From positions 1 through 64,000 of the forward strand of contig NMRA01000494.1 of the NCBI GenBank assembly GCA_002633005.1: a stretch of 64,000 bases of DNA, in the 5' to 3' direction. Each line of letters starts with the position of its first letter. Within the stretch, counting starts at the first letter, position 1. The notes beneath the pieces are model-generated. The model ran no database searches, was not told the origin of the DNA, and saw only the letters and a list, made by a program, of their open reading frames with translations. A program made the position numbers and the translations under genes. Origin of the DNA: Phoronis australis (taxonomy: Eukaryota; Animalia; Phoronida). Positions 37,096 through 51,500 of the stretch are shown in pieces.

Positions 37096-40000
37096 TGTGT
37101 GTACGTGTGGCTGTGAAAGTATATATGTTGTTGTTTCATTATTTAATTGTTTATTTTCTATAGTAAAAACTAAAAACGAAAAAGGATGCGCGGATGCATG
37201 AAGAAAAAGCTCCACCAAAAACAAAGAAAGCAAATGTTTTCAGACACTTGTTAACTAAGAAAGCGACTCTCATCTTTGTGTAGATAGGCTTGTCTTTTGG
37301 CTGATTAGTTAGGTAATTACTGGACACTGGGGATGAATTTTGCATCGAAACACCACATTATACAAAGTAGGCCCAAGCTGTTTTTAAAATGTAGCAGGGA
37401 AGCCGACACCCCTCAAAATTTACTGGAGGTTTGCTTTGCTTTCCAACGACTTCCCATCAATCTGATTGAACGACACATAATTATTAACTTGTTTGGACGA
37501 AATCGACAGGTGATCTAGGTTTAATAGTCTTTCCAATTTCCTGAGAAAAATGTCAGGACAATTTCGCCCATGAGCAACGCTTGTGAGGCGTCACGTGGTT
37601 ATGATTAAGCGATCAATGGAATGGACCGAACCGTGTGGTCTAAGCACAGCTGGTGCACCGCAAACTGCACCAGACCACCTTTTACCCGTAAAAACTGCTT
37701 TTGTCCTATGACGTCTAGTTACCAAATCAACAACTTTCAAGATTGGGAATAATTATAGACAATCGGCTTCCTTCAGCGTTCTCCTGCTGGGAATCAAGAG
37801 TTTTAACGTAAGTGTAAATTCTTAAATTAGTATTAGTGCTCACTTAAATATAAGCCCTATTGGTTCATTTCTGTTAGTGTTTTAAGTATTGCCAATTTGT
37901 TCGAACTGCAGAGGCAAGGTTTGGCTGACCTGACTAATATACTGTTCTGATTTCAGCAACAGTGCTTTCCTTCTACTCTCACACTATGTTACGACGACAG
38001 GTGTGCAAACATGGTCTGTTCTCTTCCAGCATTTACCTTGGAACAAGGGTACGAGGCATTTGACAAGTTCTTCAAACATCCCATTAACGTCAATCTCAAA
38101 TATAAATCTGCGATGCAACTGGAGTTCCCTGCAGTCACAATATGTAACCTCAATCCTATCAGGTACTCCTCAGAGAAGGATCACACGGTAATATTCAATA
38201 CGTGTACATGTATTTCAATAAGTAATCCTTTCTCGTGTCACTTGTTCTGCCCGGGGAGTCCCTCTACTCCATGTGGCTACCCAGCAATGACTTCCGTGTT
38301 CCCTTTGCAGAATGGCACGGAAATTATGCATGTACATTATTTATACAGTAGACAATGCACTTGACTGGAAAATGCTCCCGAAAATGGTTTCATGCAGGTG
38401 GAAGTTTGTGTTCAAATAAGCCCGATTTAAAGTTTTTGCCGAATTTTTTATGTGTACATGTTTCACTATTTCTTTCAAGTTCTTGAATCGGAAACATATA
38501 CGGGTATTTTTGCATTGATTTAAGACAGTGGCAACTGATGTCATCACAGTTCAGCAGCAGACATACATTGATGGGGTCAAGGTTTGGTACGTGTATTTCT
38601 TGGAATGGTCTTTGAACGGATACTAGCGTTATAATTAACAAGAGTTGACGGATTTTGTAGAAATACGACTGATCTACATGTACTTGTAAATTCACAGGTT
38701 GTCGGCCATATCTACTTACGCACATAAACATCCCCAACTAGCCTCAGCGTTCGGAATTGGACAATACCATGATAAAAACCAAAGTCCGGTCTCTACCATG
38801 ATAAAAACCAAAGTCCGGTCTCTACCATGATAAAAACCAAAGTCCTTTCCTCAAGTGGTGAATGAAGTGTATTTCTGGTCAGTCTTGAATTCTGTGACGT
38901 CAGACGTTGCCAGTATTAAATTACGGTCCTATGTCACTCTTACAAATCATTCAGTTCTGTTGACCAACAAAACATGTCTCACGTTGAGACCTGAGCCCAC
39001 CGAGAAAAAAACGAAATGAACTGCTGGCTGCATCAATTTCAACCAAGGACTGTTTTTGAAATACAATGTACTGCACCGAGATGAGTAATGTTTTTGATTT
39101 GCCGACCTATCAGTAATACATGTAAATCACGCATCATTTTCGATCGTCTGAGTCGGCTTTTCTTTTTGGAAAAAGGGAGTAACCAAAAATACAACACCAT
39201 CGACTCGATTCTCAAAAAAATCATACCTACTATTTTTGTCCATAAAACATTCGTCGACACACTCAAAACGAATGAGACATTTATCGCCAATATTTGCCCA
39301 TGGTTGACTCAGCTAATGTTGCGTCATAGTCCGACATTTTGGACGAATCGGACCATTTTGAGCGGAATTTGATTGAAAAAACTAGGATAGAGATGACAAC
39401 AACAGACCCGATAAACAGCGTTCAGAGCAACTTTGTATTTCGACTGAGATTTATGTACATGTATGGTCTGACTGTGGAATGTATCACCGGATTATCTGCG
39501 CGTATTCTCACTTGTTGCTTGAGCATATTTCTCAGGGCCGTAAAAGAGGACATATTTAATAGTTTAACATTGAGGCTGTGATGCCTCTTCGACATCTCTC
39601 TCATATTTTTCAATTGTCTGAAACCTATATCACCTTTAAACGATTTCAACTGGTTTACCGTTGCAGAGAGGGACCGAAACTCACAATACCAGAATGGCCT
39701 TTCTCCGTCTAATGGCGGACATCAACGACACAGAAAAAGCCCACATGGGCCACCAGAGGGAGCAATTACTTCTTCATTGCACGTATCAAGGTGAACAGTG
39801 TCTAATCAGGTAAGCTTGTGTCATAAATGATTGAGGTGCCCATTGTGGCACGTCACGATCAAAATCTACTATTGCCCTCTTTTTTAATTCATAGTCGTGA
39901 CTTAGCAGTTAGAACACTGATCATTATAGAGGGTATACTGTGTACTTGGTTATTGCTTGAGCGCATATTAAGGTCGGCGCTTATAATGGCCTTCTGGTTT

Positions 40001-43000
40001 CGGGATGCGCACGACTGTTAGTTATTCCTAAGCCTAGAAATGACGTCACAACTGAGAGAGGGACAACTTGAGTGCAGTACATGTACGATATCAGTAAGAG
40101 CCCTAACTTAACATACAATTGGTAACAGTTCATTGACTTGACTCCTGATCTAAGGTGTCCCAACTCTACATGTAGATCCATTTACCATATGTACCTGAGG
40201 CATTAACAGGTAGAGAGTGACACCAATGAAATGTTCCACTGAAATACATGCTTTTTCAGCAATGCGCTTTTTTGGGGAAATCTTCGACACTCCAGACAGA
40301 AAGGTATTAATAATAATTCCACTTCATGTAAACTGTCATTCCATTTGTTCGTACAACTGGTTCCATACTAATATTTCCAGTGACTTTCATTCATTTTGGA
40401 GTTCTCACCATGGTAACTGTTACACCTTTAACCATGGTTACGATAACAGAGACGGGGTTCACTTCAACTCACAGGCAGGGTCTGCATACGGTAATATTTA
40501 TAACACGACTGAATCAGATTCTGCGATAAATGCAAACGCACTTATAGTCCTCGGCATTTGAGGTTGTTCTCAGTAACGACACCATTGTACATCGACCTGA
40601 GCTGTTAATTAAGTCAGACTGAAGTTGCTAGTTCCTATCTTGGGGCTGAATCATCCCATTGGCGCAAAGCAGTGAATGCCATTCGGCCCATGGGCTTGTC
40701 ATGTAGTGAACAAGAATGGTTTTCAAAGGTGGTAAGGAGTGGTGGGCGTTTAAATCCCAATATCAGCATCTTGCTGTCGACAGAAATTCTTTGATGTCCT
40801 AAAAGACCACACTGGGTAAAGCACCTTGCCTAACCTATTCTTGGTGTAGCAAAGTCTGCAAACGGTATTCCCATTTCATGTAAAGTAATTTCGGACCTGT
40901 TTGTTTTGCATACCACTTTTCAGCTTACAATCTTACACACACAAGTTTGAGCTCTGACAGCCCATCGTATAGTACCTACTGACGTAGACAAATATTTTGT
41001 CCAACAGGACTCAAACTGGAGCTGAATTTGGAACAAGACGAGTATATAGACAAATTATCCGAAGCGGCAGGGGCACGGATTGTCCTACACAAGGCCAACA
41101 CCATGCCATTCCCAGACGACATGGGCACCTTCGCACCACCGGGATATTTGACTTCCATAGCCGCCAGACTCGTACGTAAACGTACAACCACGTGCTCTAC
41201 CAAAAATGCGAAAGACAGTGGCTTTACCTGAGCTTTTATGTTGACCCGCAGCCCTGAAAGTGAAAAAGTGAACAACTACACGTTCACACTCAAACTCTAT
41301 TTGAACTGGGTATTTATATGTAAAGCAGGGGTCCGCCTGGGTAGGCGTCAGGGTTGAGGACGGTGGCCTGCACAGTAAGGAAATCCAAAAAGTTTGATTT
41401 ACAATTGACAAAACTTTATGACGACCATCCACAATATTCGATATTACCACCTCACCGACATTCTGCTAAATCTAATGCCACACAATGCATACATGCATGG
41501 CCTTATTAAGTTCGTTCTTGTCTCACTGTGTCTCCAGGACCAGTTAACTCTATTTATTGAATCGAACTCCGCTAATTCGTAACGTGGTGTTCCTTAACGC
41601 GTTCATGCGAAACCTGGTTTTCAGTGCAAAGAATAACTTGAAAATTGTTCCTATGTGCTGCAGATGAGGATTGACCGTCTGGCCTATCCATTTGAGGACG
41701 AATGTGTTAACTACACGCGTGAAGAAGCACATAGTCACTCCATATATTCCTTCATGTATGACGTCAACTACACCAAAGACGTAAGTGATTCCACGTGTTC
41801 TCCGGAAGTACTGACAATATTCACATGGACGGAAAGGAAGCGATCGTTTTGGAAATAACTCGTCAATTAAAATTAATTTTAGAAGCATTTCGGCGTAATA
41901 TTTTCAATAAAAGCAGTCCAGACAATAGGAAAGTGAGAAATAAAATACTTTAGGCCTATCTGTCGGCCCTTGATTTACAAGATACCCATCCCACTGGCAA
42001 AAGAGTGATGTGTTTTACTAAAATAATTATCATAATCGTCGTTAATATTATTGTCACGAATGAACGCCATTTTCATGTACCTCTATTCTTTTTCATGGTG
42101 TTCTTTACTCTATTTCTTCCATTCATGGTGGACAATGACGGTCGGAACGTCTGATCTCGTTACGTGCTTCCCACATGCATTAGCTCATTGACGTAATTGT
42201 CCCATCGCAAGTTCTGCCCCCTTGCAAAATGTCGACAAACAAACAATAAATTTTACCCGGCAACGTGTTTTTTGTCGGCCAAAATGGCGGATTGGAAACG
42301 AAGGTGAGTCATGAATGCTGCGTTCTGATTGGTCACTTAAGCCGTCACTCACAGTCCTGGCAATAGGTCAATTATTCTCTTACGACCTGCACCAATTTCA
42401 GCACTAGTTCGGTTCGTAATAGCTCAGTTCTTTTACTATTTAAACTCATTTCGTTTCTCATGAGGGACGCTGTTTTGTCCCTTATAATAATGATACCGAG
42501 GTACTTCCGGTTTATTGACTCCACGGCTAGAGTGGGGGTTATTCATAAAAATTTGAGACTCACAAACAATGATGTTTAGATACACGTAAATTTGTACGAA
42601 TTTTTCTTAAAGACACTACAGAAAATCGTTTAAGAATGTCATGAACATAGTCGGAGGTTGTCACTGTGTTTCTGCAACACGCCAGATTTTGTTCGAAGCT
42701 ACATGTACACTCAGGCACAAAATAAGCAAGAGTCGGGGATCCTGGTAGCTAAGGTGTGCTAAATGAGTCCTATTGTTAAGCTCACAAATTTGAGGTAAAT
42801 TTAAGCATTAATATCATCTCATATTTTTGCCGGTATAAATATTCTTTGGTGAGGTGTGTGACAAAAGAACTCTGCTTAAGGATCAGGAATTTCTATTGCA
42901 ATCTGGTCGAAGGGAATAACGAGGAATGAACTCAATATGAACTGAATTAAGGAAGATGAGAAAAGAACTACACCTCGTCCAAAAAGAACTGTGTTAATGA

Positions 43001-46000
43001 GAACGCTCGTGCAGACCTTGAACCTATAAGCTTGTCTAGCACTCAGAGAAAAATTTGCAAATGTCAGTCCAAACAACTTTTAGGCTTGCCTCAAAACATG
43101 TCTTCAAGCCAAGGTCATCGAGAAGTGCTACTGCGCAGACTCGGAGCTTCCTTTTAACGCCACCTACTTCACTGAAATTCACGTGGACAGAGGGCACCAC
43201 GGCGGAGTTGTTAATGCATGCACTAGTGATTCAAAGAGTGAGTTTGAACGCCTTTACCAGTTAGCATGACTTTAGCTTCCTAAGGACATACGTCTGACAG
43301 AAATTGGATATTTACCGAAAATAAATTTAAAATAACCACGGTAATAATGGAAGTCACTGTAAACACTTTTCGGTTTATTAACTGTGAAGCATCTCATTCG
43401 AGTACAATGGTTAGTCATCAACATTTATATTGATTTAAGGAATACCATCTCCTCCTTACCTAACATGACCAAGAAAAGAATCAAAAACACGAATTCTCCC
43501 TCTCATAACTTAAATCTACAAGCTGGATGAGGGCGCTTTGAGTACAATACAAAATTCCGAATAAGTCCGACATTTTTTCCTGAAAGACGATCTGGAGTGT
43601 CCTTTCGGACACAAACTCGTTCGCTGCCCTAAAATAACCGTTTTCGAACGATTCCGTTTAGGAAATTAGGGTTGGCCAGCCCGTGCCACTCACAAACATT
43701 CTCCTGTTGATGTAAGAAGATTATTTTGTCAGTCTAGTTTCTCAGAATTTATCAGATTCTTTTACATTTATATTCAGCAGTAACTTGGTGTACAATTAAG
43801 GACCGGTCATGTGATTTGGCTTGGCAAGAAGATCTCTTTTCTATCTCAGCAAAGCTTTTAAGCTTAGAAGCTGCAAGTTATTAACCTTTTCTCCTAAGAA
43901 TCCTATTGATGACACCATACTTACAAAATTTGTCAGCCGATGCAGTATCTCATTTTATTGTCACGTGATCGCCGTTTAACGCGAACGAGGTCAACTACAC
44001 TGGATATAGTAAGACCTTCTTCTTGTTTCAGTTGCTTGCCTGGAGGATGTTGAGTACAAGTTCAAGCACGGCGAGTTAAATTGTGACTACTGTCCTATAC
44101 CCTGCGTGTGAGTAGACTGTATAGAGAATGGTACATGTTGCGCATGTGTTTGCGCAACCAATTAAGAATGTTTAGACGTGAGCTGCGAGATTGTTGGGCC
44201 GTTTTACGTCACCTCATAATTATCAGTTTTTTGTACCAATACTCTAAGTGGTTTAAAAATGCAAACTGTTGTCTTTGATCAAGTGATAGCAAGCACGTCT
44301 TTAACATGGATTCTTTTCCATTACAGTGAGATATTTTACCCTGAGAAGGTTAGTCTTGCCCAGTGGCCGTCCAAAAATCACCAGGTGAGATTTACTTTCT
44401 GCTCGCTCTGTCGAAGACCGAGACACAGTTTCGTCACTAAAACCAAAAAAATTGCTGAAAATGTAATTCGGTGAGACTTGTTAGTATCCAAATTTCCTTT
44501 ATAGCTGTGGGAAGATGTTAAAAGGTCATCAAATATAGTTGCAAGCGAAGTTATACATTTAGATGCATGTTTATTGTTTACAAGCCCATGTGCAACAGGT
44601 TTTTTCTAATGCTGGGTGTCAATGAGGGCAAATAATTTACATTCTGAAGAGAAAAAACATCGTGGAAGTGCCCTTTAGGCTTTCACATAACGTAATCAAA
44701 TGCTAATTCCATGCAGACGACTTCATTTAAAGCAGCATTAAACCAGTGCATTCTGCCACAATGCAATGTTTAGGTTTGATTTAGGGCGCTCACCGTTATG
44801 AAATTGTATTTGTCATTGATTAGCTTAAAAAGGTTACTGAAGCACTGACCGTTCGTTATTTCTTTAGACGCCATGAACTGGAATTTTATGAGCTTGCTCT
44901 GAAGAAATAAAAAGCGCTAAGGAATAATTTGAGACTAATTTCGTAAATGGTTATATAAATAGTCTGAATCAAAAGTTCTTTTCCGTGATGGAAGACGGGT
45001 CCATAGCCGCTTTAAACCCTAAACTCTTTGTTTCAATCAGTAATCAGTACAATGTGCAGATCTCGCAGAGACCTTTGAGTGATCTCCCCATCCCCGCAAC
45101 AGGCAGTGGTGCGTAGACGGTCGTAGACGCAGTACACCACCTTTCCAATTTTAAATCGGCGTATAGGCACCGCACAGTAGTCTTAATCCGCCAGTTTACG
45201 TAATCGATACCCTGCGAAATATGGCGATAGCGCTAAAATGTCAGTGCAAATAACTGAGTTTAATAACGTTAGGGTCTCGCAAGAAAGGAAAGATATCGCG
45301 AAATATCACCCTGAATTTTCAGTGACAAAACCTGACTTTTGCTTCATTGTTCTCGCAGCGAGATTGCTTTTGAACTCTACCCAGTTGAACTATAGACCTT
45401 TTCGCACGCTAGTGAACATTTCGTAGCGCGACCGTCAGCTGGGTGCTATTTCTCAAAAAGCGTATTGTCTTTGGAGTTTTGGCTATAGATCAGTCTACAG
45501 ATGTCTTATTGTGTTCATTTTAATCAGGCCAAACTTGAAGCCAAAAGACATAAATATGTAGCATGCCGAACCCAAAAGACAATTCTACTTTTGGCTATAA
45601 ATTAAATTTTCACGAAACAGGCTCCAAGTTGGACTTTGGTTGACTGAAGAATTCCGTTAAAGACCTAGTGTGATCCCGTGCTTCGCGTGTTATTCACAGC
45701 GATAACTCATGGGTTTGTCTACACAAAATGGATGCTGTTGAAGTGAAAGCAAAAGTTAGGACATACTTCACAGAATTGATAGCAAAAATTCTATGCATCT
45801 CTCGTCTCGTTGCAGGTCACACTGTACTCTAGTCTTGCAGCAGAAGGAGCACACGTCGAAATGATAACCAATGGAGTTAATAAAACGATGGCAAGGTTTA
45901 TAACTTAAAGTATAACTTGCAGTATCTATATGCGTGATTAATTGGCCAAAAGAGTTAGAAACACATCATTTAGCGACGATATGAATATGAAGTAGGTTGA

Positions 46001-48006
46001 AAATTGCCAAATGTTTTTAAAAACGAGTTTTGGGGCGAAGATGATCCTCCGCAAATCACTGAACCGTGTCCAGTAAGTATCGTAAGGTAGTGCTGGGGAA
46101 TAATACTGCATTATGCGGGAAATGTGAGACTGCGAAGTACGTCATAAGTGCAAAGGTCATCTTTCTGCGTAGTTTCTTTTTTCACATTTACAAATTGTCA
46201 ATAAATACAACTGCACTTTGTTTCGCGCAGATTATTTTAAAATACCATTGTCGTTTAGTTCCTGCTGTACAGGAGCATGCAAATATATAATTAAGATTTT
46301 TAAAGACTTTTGGTGTTGGTATCATGATGTTCTTGGCGTGTCTCGCTATCTGAGAAAGAGTCACTCACTTTTATGTAATATTAGAAATTATCGTTGTTTG
46401 AACTTGCAACGGCGTCGACTCTTTGAAAGGCCTTCTTTTGCAAAAGCCAATGCTCTCTGACGCCACATTTTTAAGGTATTCGACACAATTTTCCAAAAAA
46501 GTAGTGAAACACTGGCTGCCGTACGGCTTTGACGTATTTCCGGCAAGTTTTCAAAAAATGACCATCTCTATGTCGGATTAACACCAGAAGCTAACGATAT
46601 GATAGCAGAGCTAAAATCCAATGCCGCAAGTAATATTTGAATTGACGATGCGATTGACATCAGTTTCATTAAATTCTACTGAATGGTTGAAAGCCAATGG
46701 CTAGAATTGAACATTTCTAATAATATCACAAAAACACAGCTATTTTATAATTCTTGTAAAGCACAATTAGCTTCAAGAAATCCAACCCGTCACACGATAA
46801 CCCCAAAATGCGTCTTGGGTCATAAAACCCATTGTGTCTTTTTGATCGCGATCAAGTGCAAACTGAACCTATAATTGTTGTCTTGTAATGACCGAAAAAA
46901 ATGAGCCCATAAACATGTGCATAAAATTCTAAATTTGATCACTTTTTAAAAACATTATAAGTAGACTGATTAAGTCGATCAAATTCGAAAAAATCAAATG
47001 GTTTCTCGTTAGTTTTTAGTATTTCGAGTGTCGCGATGTAATGCACTGTCGTTTGCTTTTGTGTTGTAGTGACAATTTATTGAAGGTGGAAGTATTCTTC
47101 GATCAGCTCAATTATGAACATATTTATCAAGTGGACGGTTTCTCGGTACGTAGCTCTCAAATTTCTTAGCGTATATGGTAAAAAATTTGGACCACTCCGC
47201 CTACATTCGAAATAATCATGCTTTTTTCAAATATAAGCAGATTAGCCAAAGCTTTATCTTTATTGTAGCCGCAGTCGGCCATTCCTTGCGTATTCTTTCT
47301 TTTAAACTGGTCTCGTCTTTTGTCCGTTTTTAGCACATTAAATATAAATATTCGCCGCTCTTAGCTTTCAATGATTTTTCTTAACCGAATCTTTTCGAGG
47401 TTCAAGAACCTTACCACGCACGATCTTCAAGTATTCAATTATTGCTGAATGAGCCGACATCTTAGAAATCACAGGCATTGGGCGCATGAGCCATTTTCGA
47501 GACCTTAAGTTTTAGGTTGCTCAACTCCATTAAAGGCTGGAACGTTTTCTTGAGTAGCTGATACATGTAGTTCTGATGATATTGTTGGTAACAGAAATGA
47601 TGAAGTCCTATCACAGTGAGAAAATTAGGATACCGGTTTCATGAGATTAAAAGTCCAGATTCTGTTTTCGTTTTCTAGTCCGCTAAACAGGGCAAAATAC
47701 AGCCTTACAGTACATTATTTGTACACGCCAGCGTGAAGCGTCAAACTTCCCAAATTTTAAACGTCTGAGTGAAGGAGCCGGGAGGAGCTATATCATGCAT
47801 TTGCTAAACAAAGGCTTGCACACGTGATTTTTTCGTTTTTTCAGAGGACCGACCTGCTTGCAGCGCTTGGTGGCGTCATTAGCCTGTTTCTTGGTTTATC
47901 GGTTGTTGCTATCTTTGAATTCTTCGAACTTGGAGTCATCATAGTCGCTCATTGTTGGAAGTCGCGGACAAACCAGAATAGAATTGTAACACCTATAGAT
48001 CGCTGA
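32829..48006 (+). CDS. DEG/ENaC (amiloride-sensitive channel superfamily) subunit, paralogue 1; ~13 exons, ~526 aa
   Basis: Exons 32829-33045, 38030-38162, 38698-38788 (donor uncertain), 39667-39809, 40381-40490, 41008-41171, 41664-41780, 43084-43237, 44032-44107, 44327-44384, 45816-45895, 47070-47145, 47845-48006, all phase-compatible. Motifs FPAVTICNLNPIR, MGHQ, GNCYTFN, GLKLEL, GARIVLH, Cys-rich thumb, QWPS, LGGVISLFLGLS. AATAAA at 48241. Confidence 0.92.
34247..34654. mobile_element. Harbinger-like MITE family A, copy 2
   Basis: AAACAGTCCCGAATAGGGACTCAA...TTCGGGACTGTTTCGTGCAACCGGGC. Colinear with 9815-10218. Confidence 0.8.
37056..37109. repeat. (GT)n microsatellite
   Basis: Imperfect TG run in intron 1 of paralogue 1. 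Confidence 0.95.
38765..38845. repeat. 29-bp tandem repeat, 2.8 copies, at the 3' end of DEG/ENaC exon 3
   Basis: Unit TACCATGATAAAAACCAAAGTCCGGTCTC at 38765 and 38794, with a partial copy at 38823. Confidence 0.95.
44731..45011. mobile_element. Possible TTAA-flanked (Kolobok-type) MITE
   Basis: TTAA|AGCAGC...GCCGCT|TTAA. The inverted termini are only short and imperfect. Confidence 0.35.
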
Positions 48007-48276
48007 AGTATAAGCAAGTCTCCAAAGCCAGATTTCCATCGAGAGCAGACTTCTCCAAATAGGTCGTGCTTGAAAATGGTTGCAGATTACAGTATTGAAC
48101 GCATGATGACTAATTTAAAGTTCAACTACGAAAAATAGATTATTTTTGAAATTCGTATTCAAATTCACTATCCGGCCAGACAGCGTACAGCGTCTTCTAC
48201 AGAACCCATGTAATGAGGACGGGTTTCAACGTACTCGTATAATAAACATTTTAATGCCTTCCCTGTTACCATAACA

Positions 48277-48560
48277 CCGAAAAATTTCTATTGTTGTGCG
48301 GTGGGGTGTACTAATGACCCACGCGAAAAGGTAAACCTCTTGAAAAATCCAGGGATGAAGGACATCACGTTCCATTCATTTCCCACTGCGAAGAAGAACC
48401 GCGTCTGCGAAGCGCGAAAATTTCAACTTCAATTGACGGTGACGCCGTGTGTTTTCGGTGAATTTCGTTAGGTCTGGTTTTAAAAGAAGAAAACACAGGC
48501 CCTGATAATCGGGTGCAGTTCCGCCAGGGTAGAAAGTTTCTTGACTATCAGCCATCTTAA
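48277..48560 (+). pseudogene. THAP-domain remnant (DNA transposon relic)
   Basis: Reads PKNFYCCAVGCTND...KDITFHSFP, the N-terminal half of a THAP finger, and is then truncated. Confidence 0.65.
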
Positions 48561-51500
48561 GTTTTGTCCAAAGAGTCTGAGTCGTGATCAAGCGTAAGTC
48601 GATTTCTGGCTCTCATAACTCTACAGAGCGACAGTGTCCGTTGTTTTGACAATTTGGGGATTTTTGCGCGTATTGCAAAAAGTACTCAACGTAGCCTTGA
48701 AACGGTATGTGTTGTGTTTCTACCACCAAGTTGAGTCTCTTTTGACGCGTTCATAATAGATAACGTGCTGATAAAAGTTTTGCCTGGTATTTTTATCTGT
48801 TTTAGTTAGTCTATCGAAGCCATTATAATCTGTTCAACATTTAATGATCTCGTGCAAAATACATGGTAAATAAAGCTAGTAACACCGTTATCAGGATTTC
48901 TCATTGATCTGATGACTGCTCCGGCATTTACTAGCTAATATCAGAGCGACACATTGGATGTTACGTCAAGTACGGTGGAACACTTCATCTGGTCAGTCCA
49001 GTGTCAGCGACGGATCTTGTACTTAGCGACGGGGACTCTTGTTAACCATATAAATTATACAGAGCGCAGTTACTGGAGAAAAAAAATAAAAATAATTGAG
49101 CGATGTATGCATTGTTCCAATTCCGCAAACTAGGTGTTCATAATTATCTGAATTACATGTATGTCTGAACAACACACACGTCTCAGATTTTATCAAAGCT
49201 GTAAGTCGATTAAAGACTACAGAAGCTCATACGCAAAAAACTCCGTGAATGCCTCATCCAAAAAGAAAATGTATTTGTCACACATGTTGGCGAAAGGTTT
49301 CAATTTTACATGGCAACAAAAGTGTGCATATTCTGCTATTCGCCCAGGTACATTTCTCTGGAACTTGAGTGATGAGGTGAAGCGAGTAAAATTTTTTCAT
49401 GATGAAAATGTTGAGACGTTTTGTTGTAGAGCATAACCAGAGATAGATAAGCTAACGGAAATATCTACCTGGCGCCAGATTTTGTAGCAGAAAAGGCGAA
49501 AATTTTAATGAACAACTGCACTTAATCACGTGACTTTTGGTTTTGGAGATTTTTTTGCAATTGAATCAATGCTAAGGTGAATAAACTAGTATTAAGGTTA
49601 TTTTGGACCCTAGAAAATTTTCGAAACTTGACTGACTTCAGATCGTCATATTTCGAAAATGGCTGATAGTGTGAAACTTTGAAGTACTATGCTTTATGGA
49701 GTGCTCTGCATGACGGCGTTAGGAATTAGTTTTAAACTGCTATATTTTGCATGAGGGGCTACCAAAGGTAGGATATTTCGATGACCATCAAAAAATCAAA
49801 AACCGCTTAATTGCGAAACAGGAAAGGTATTTTAAGAAACTGTTGTACCATTTTTGAGATTTCATGTAAGCAATTTGTAGAAAAAATAATTTGGTCATGT
49901 TATTGATATGCCCCTGATTTGCTTTAAGCGTATTTTCCCTTTCTGCTGAAAAGACACGAGACGCAGACTCGTATGAAATAAAAAAAATCAAATTCTACAG
50001 TCTCGCTTCTTTTAGAAAACATCTACTCCTCCTTAGATAAAATCTGCAGTTTGTGTATACAGGAATACATACGCAGACTTGCGCATAAGGTCCTTTGTAA
50101 CAAAACAAACAAAAACATTTAAGCTAAGTGTGCCGGTGTTCATGCAGACCATCAGCGTCAGCGTATGTATTTGTTTATTTGGGCTAAAGGCCACCAAGAA
50201 CGTTTTTTACTTGCTTTGTCTCTCCAAAACACGTCTTTTAATCATGGCGTCTAATATTTATCATTGTTCCCTATATGCATGTATGCATGCCGCCATGGTA
50301 TATGGGATAGTAGGGCCAATATGTATTCATTGGTAAAGACCGCATTCCACATTTGGTGAACAGTGTATTGTCTCCTGGTGGAGTAAATTGGTAAAACGTC
50401 AAATTTGGTTGACTTTGTTAATTTGAAAATACCCAAACTGTTCATTCAAGACGTCTTTCCTGAAAAAGCAGTTTTATTGCTAAAAAACCAAAAAACTTTC
50501 AGCAAAGATTTACCAGTGGAAACTCTGATGCACGATAATCATTCCCCAGTGTTTAGGCTTCGCCGTATTTATTCTGGTCATGGGAAAAAAGTTAATTGCC
50601 TAAATAACGTCTCAAACAAACAGGGGAAAATTATAATTCAAACCAAGCGGAAAGGGTTTGTTATGATTGCATACAATGTACAACTCTACAGCAAACTTCG
50701 AACTAATCATCGAGTAAATAGTTTTACTTACACAATTCGTCTGCTCACAGCGTTCTGCGACCACTACCGTTTCTAGCAACCAGTCCTCAGCTTAAGTTCC
50801 GCGAATCAGCCCACTCACCGAAAACACTTTCAGCCGTTATTTTCCAATGCTGAGGTCCAAGGGACATGGAGTTAAGAACGAAAAATAGACTTAGAAAACT
50901 GAGAAATTCATCTAAGCTAGACGACGCAAGGAGTCTTATGTTCCCGGATGGGTTGTTGCACACGGATTGTTAATGTGACTGAATGGTTCACTGTTTTAAC
51001 TATTTCACGAATTCGTATCAATTTATAATGAAATAAAACCTTCCTAGTTATTCAACACCATGACTTGGTGCTTAATCGTTGCGGGTACGCTTAGCATAAT
51101 TATGACGCCCGTATTGGAATTCCAATACGGGAACGGCCCGTATCGGAATATTCCCATTTGGGCCGAATTCCAATACCGACCGGAGCAACGATATAGAGCC
51201 TCAAGCCGAAGCTATTGGGAACAAGATATCTCCGCATGTGCATATACTTGATAAATAGGTTTTGGTCGCTGGAACATTTCCAGACGAAATGATCTGTCGA
51301 TATGATGTGGCAGTAACATTCCTATGCACGTGGGATTTTTACATTGCGTTACCGGTCTTTAACATCTTGGTTCTACTGTAAAAATTAAACGCGATAGGTG
51401 GCGTTCGGTTCACAGCGCAGGTCTTCGTGCTTGGTATTTAATCCGTAGACCATTGAACGATTATTCAATGCGAATTTTAATTTGAAGACAAGCCAATCTA

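Noticed and set aside
36823-37233. ORFs with VCVC / HTHT runs
   Set aside because: These are translations of the GT microsatellite.
38765-38845. 29-bp repeats as a CRISPR array
   Set aside because: The units are head-to-tail with no spacers, there are no cas genes, and the context is eukaryotic.
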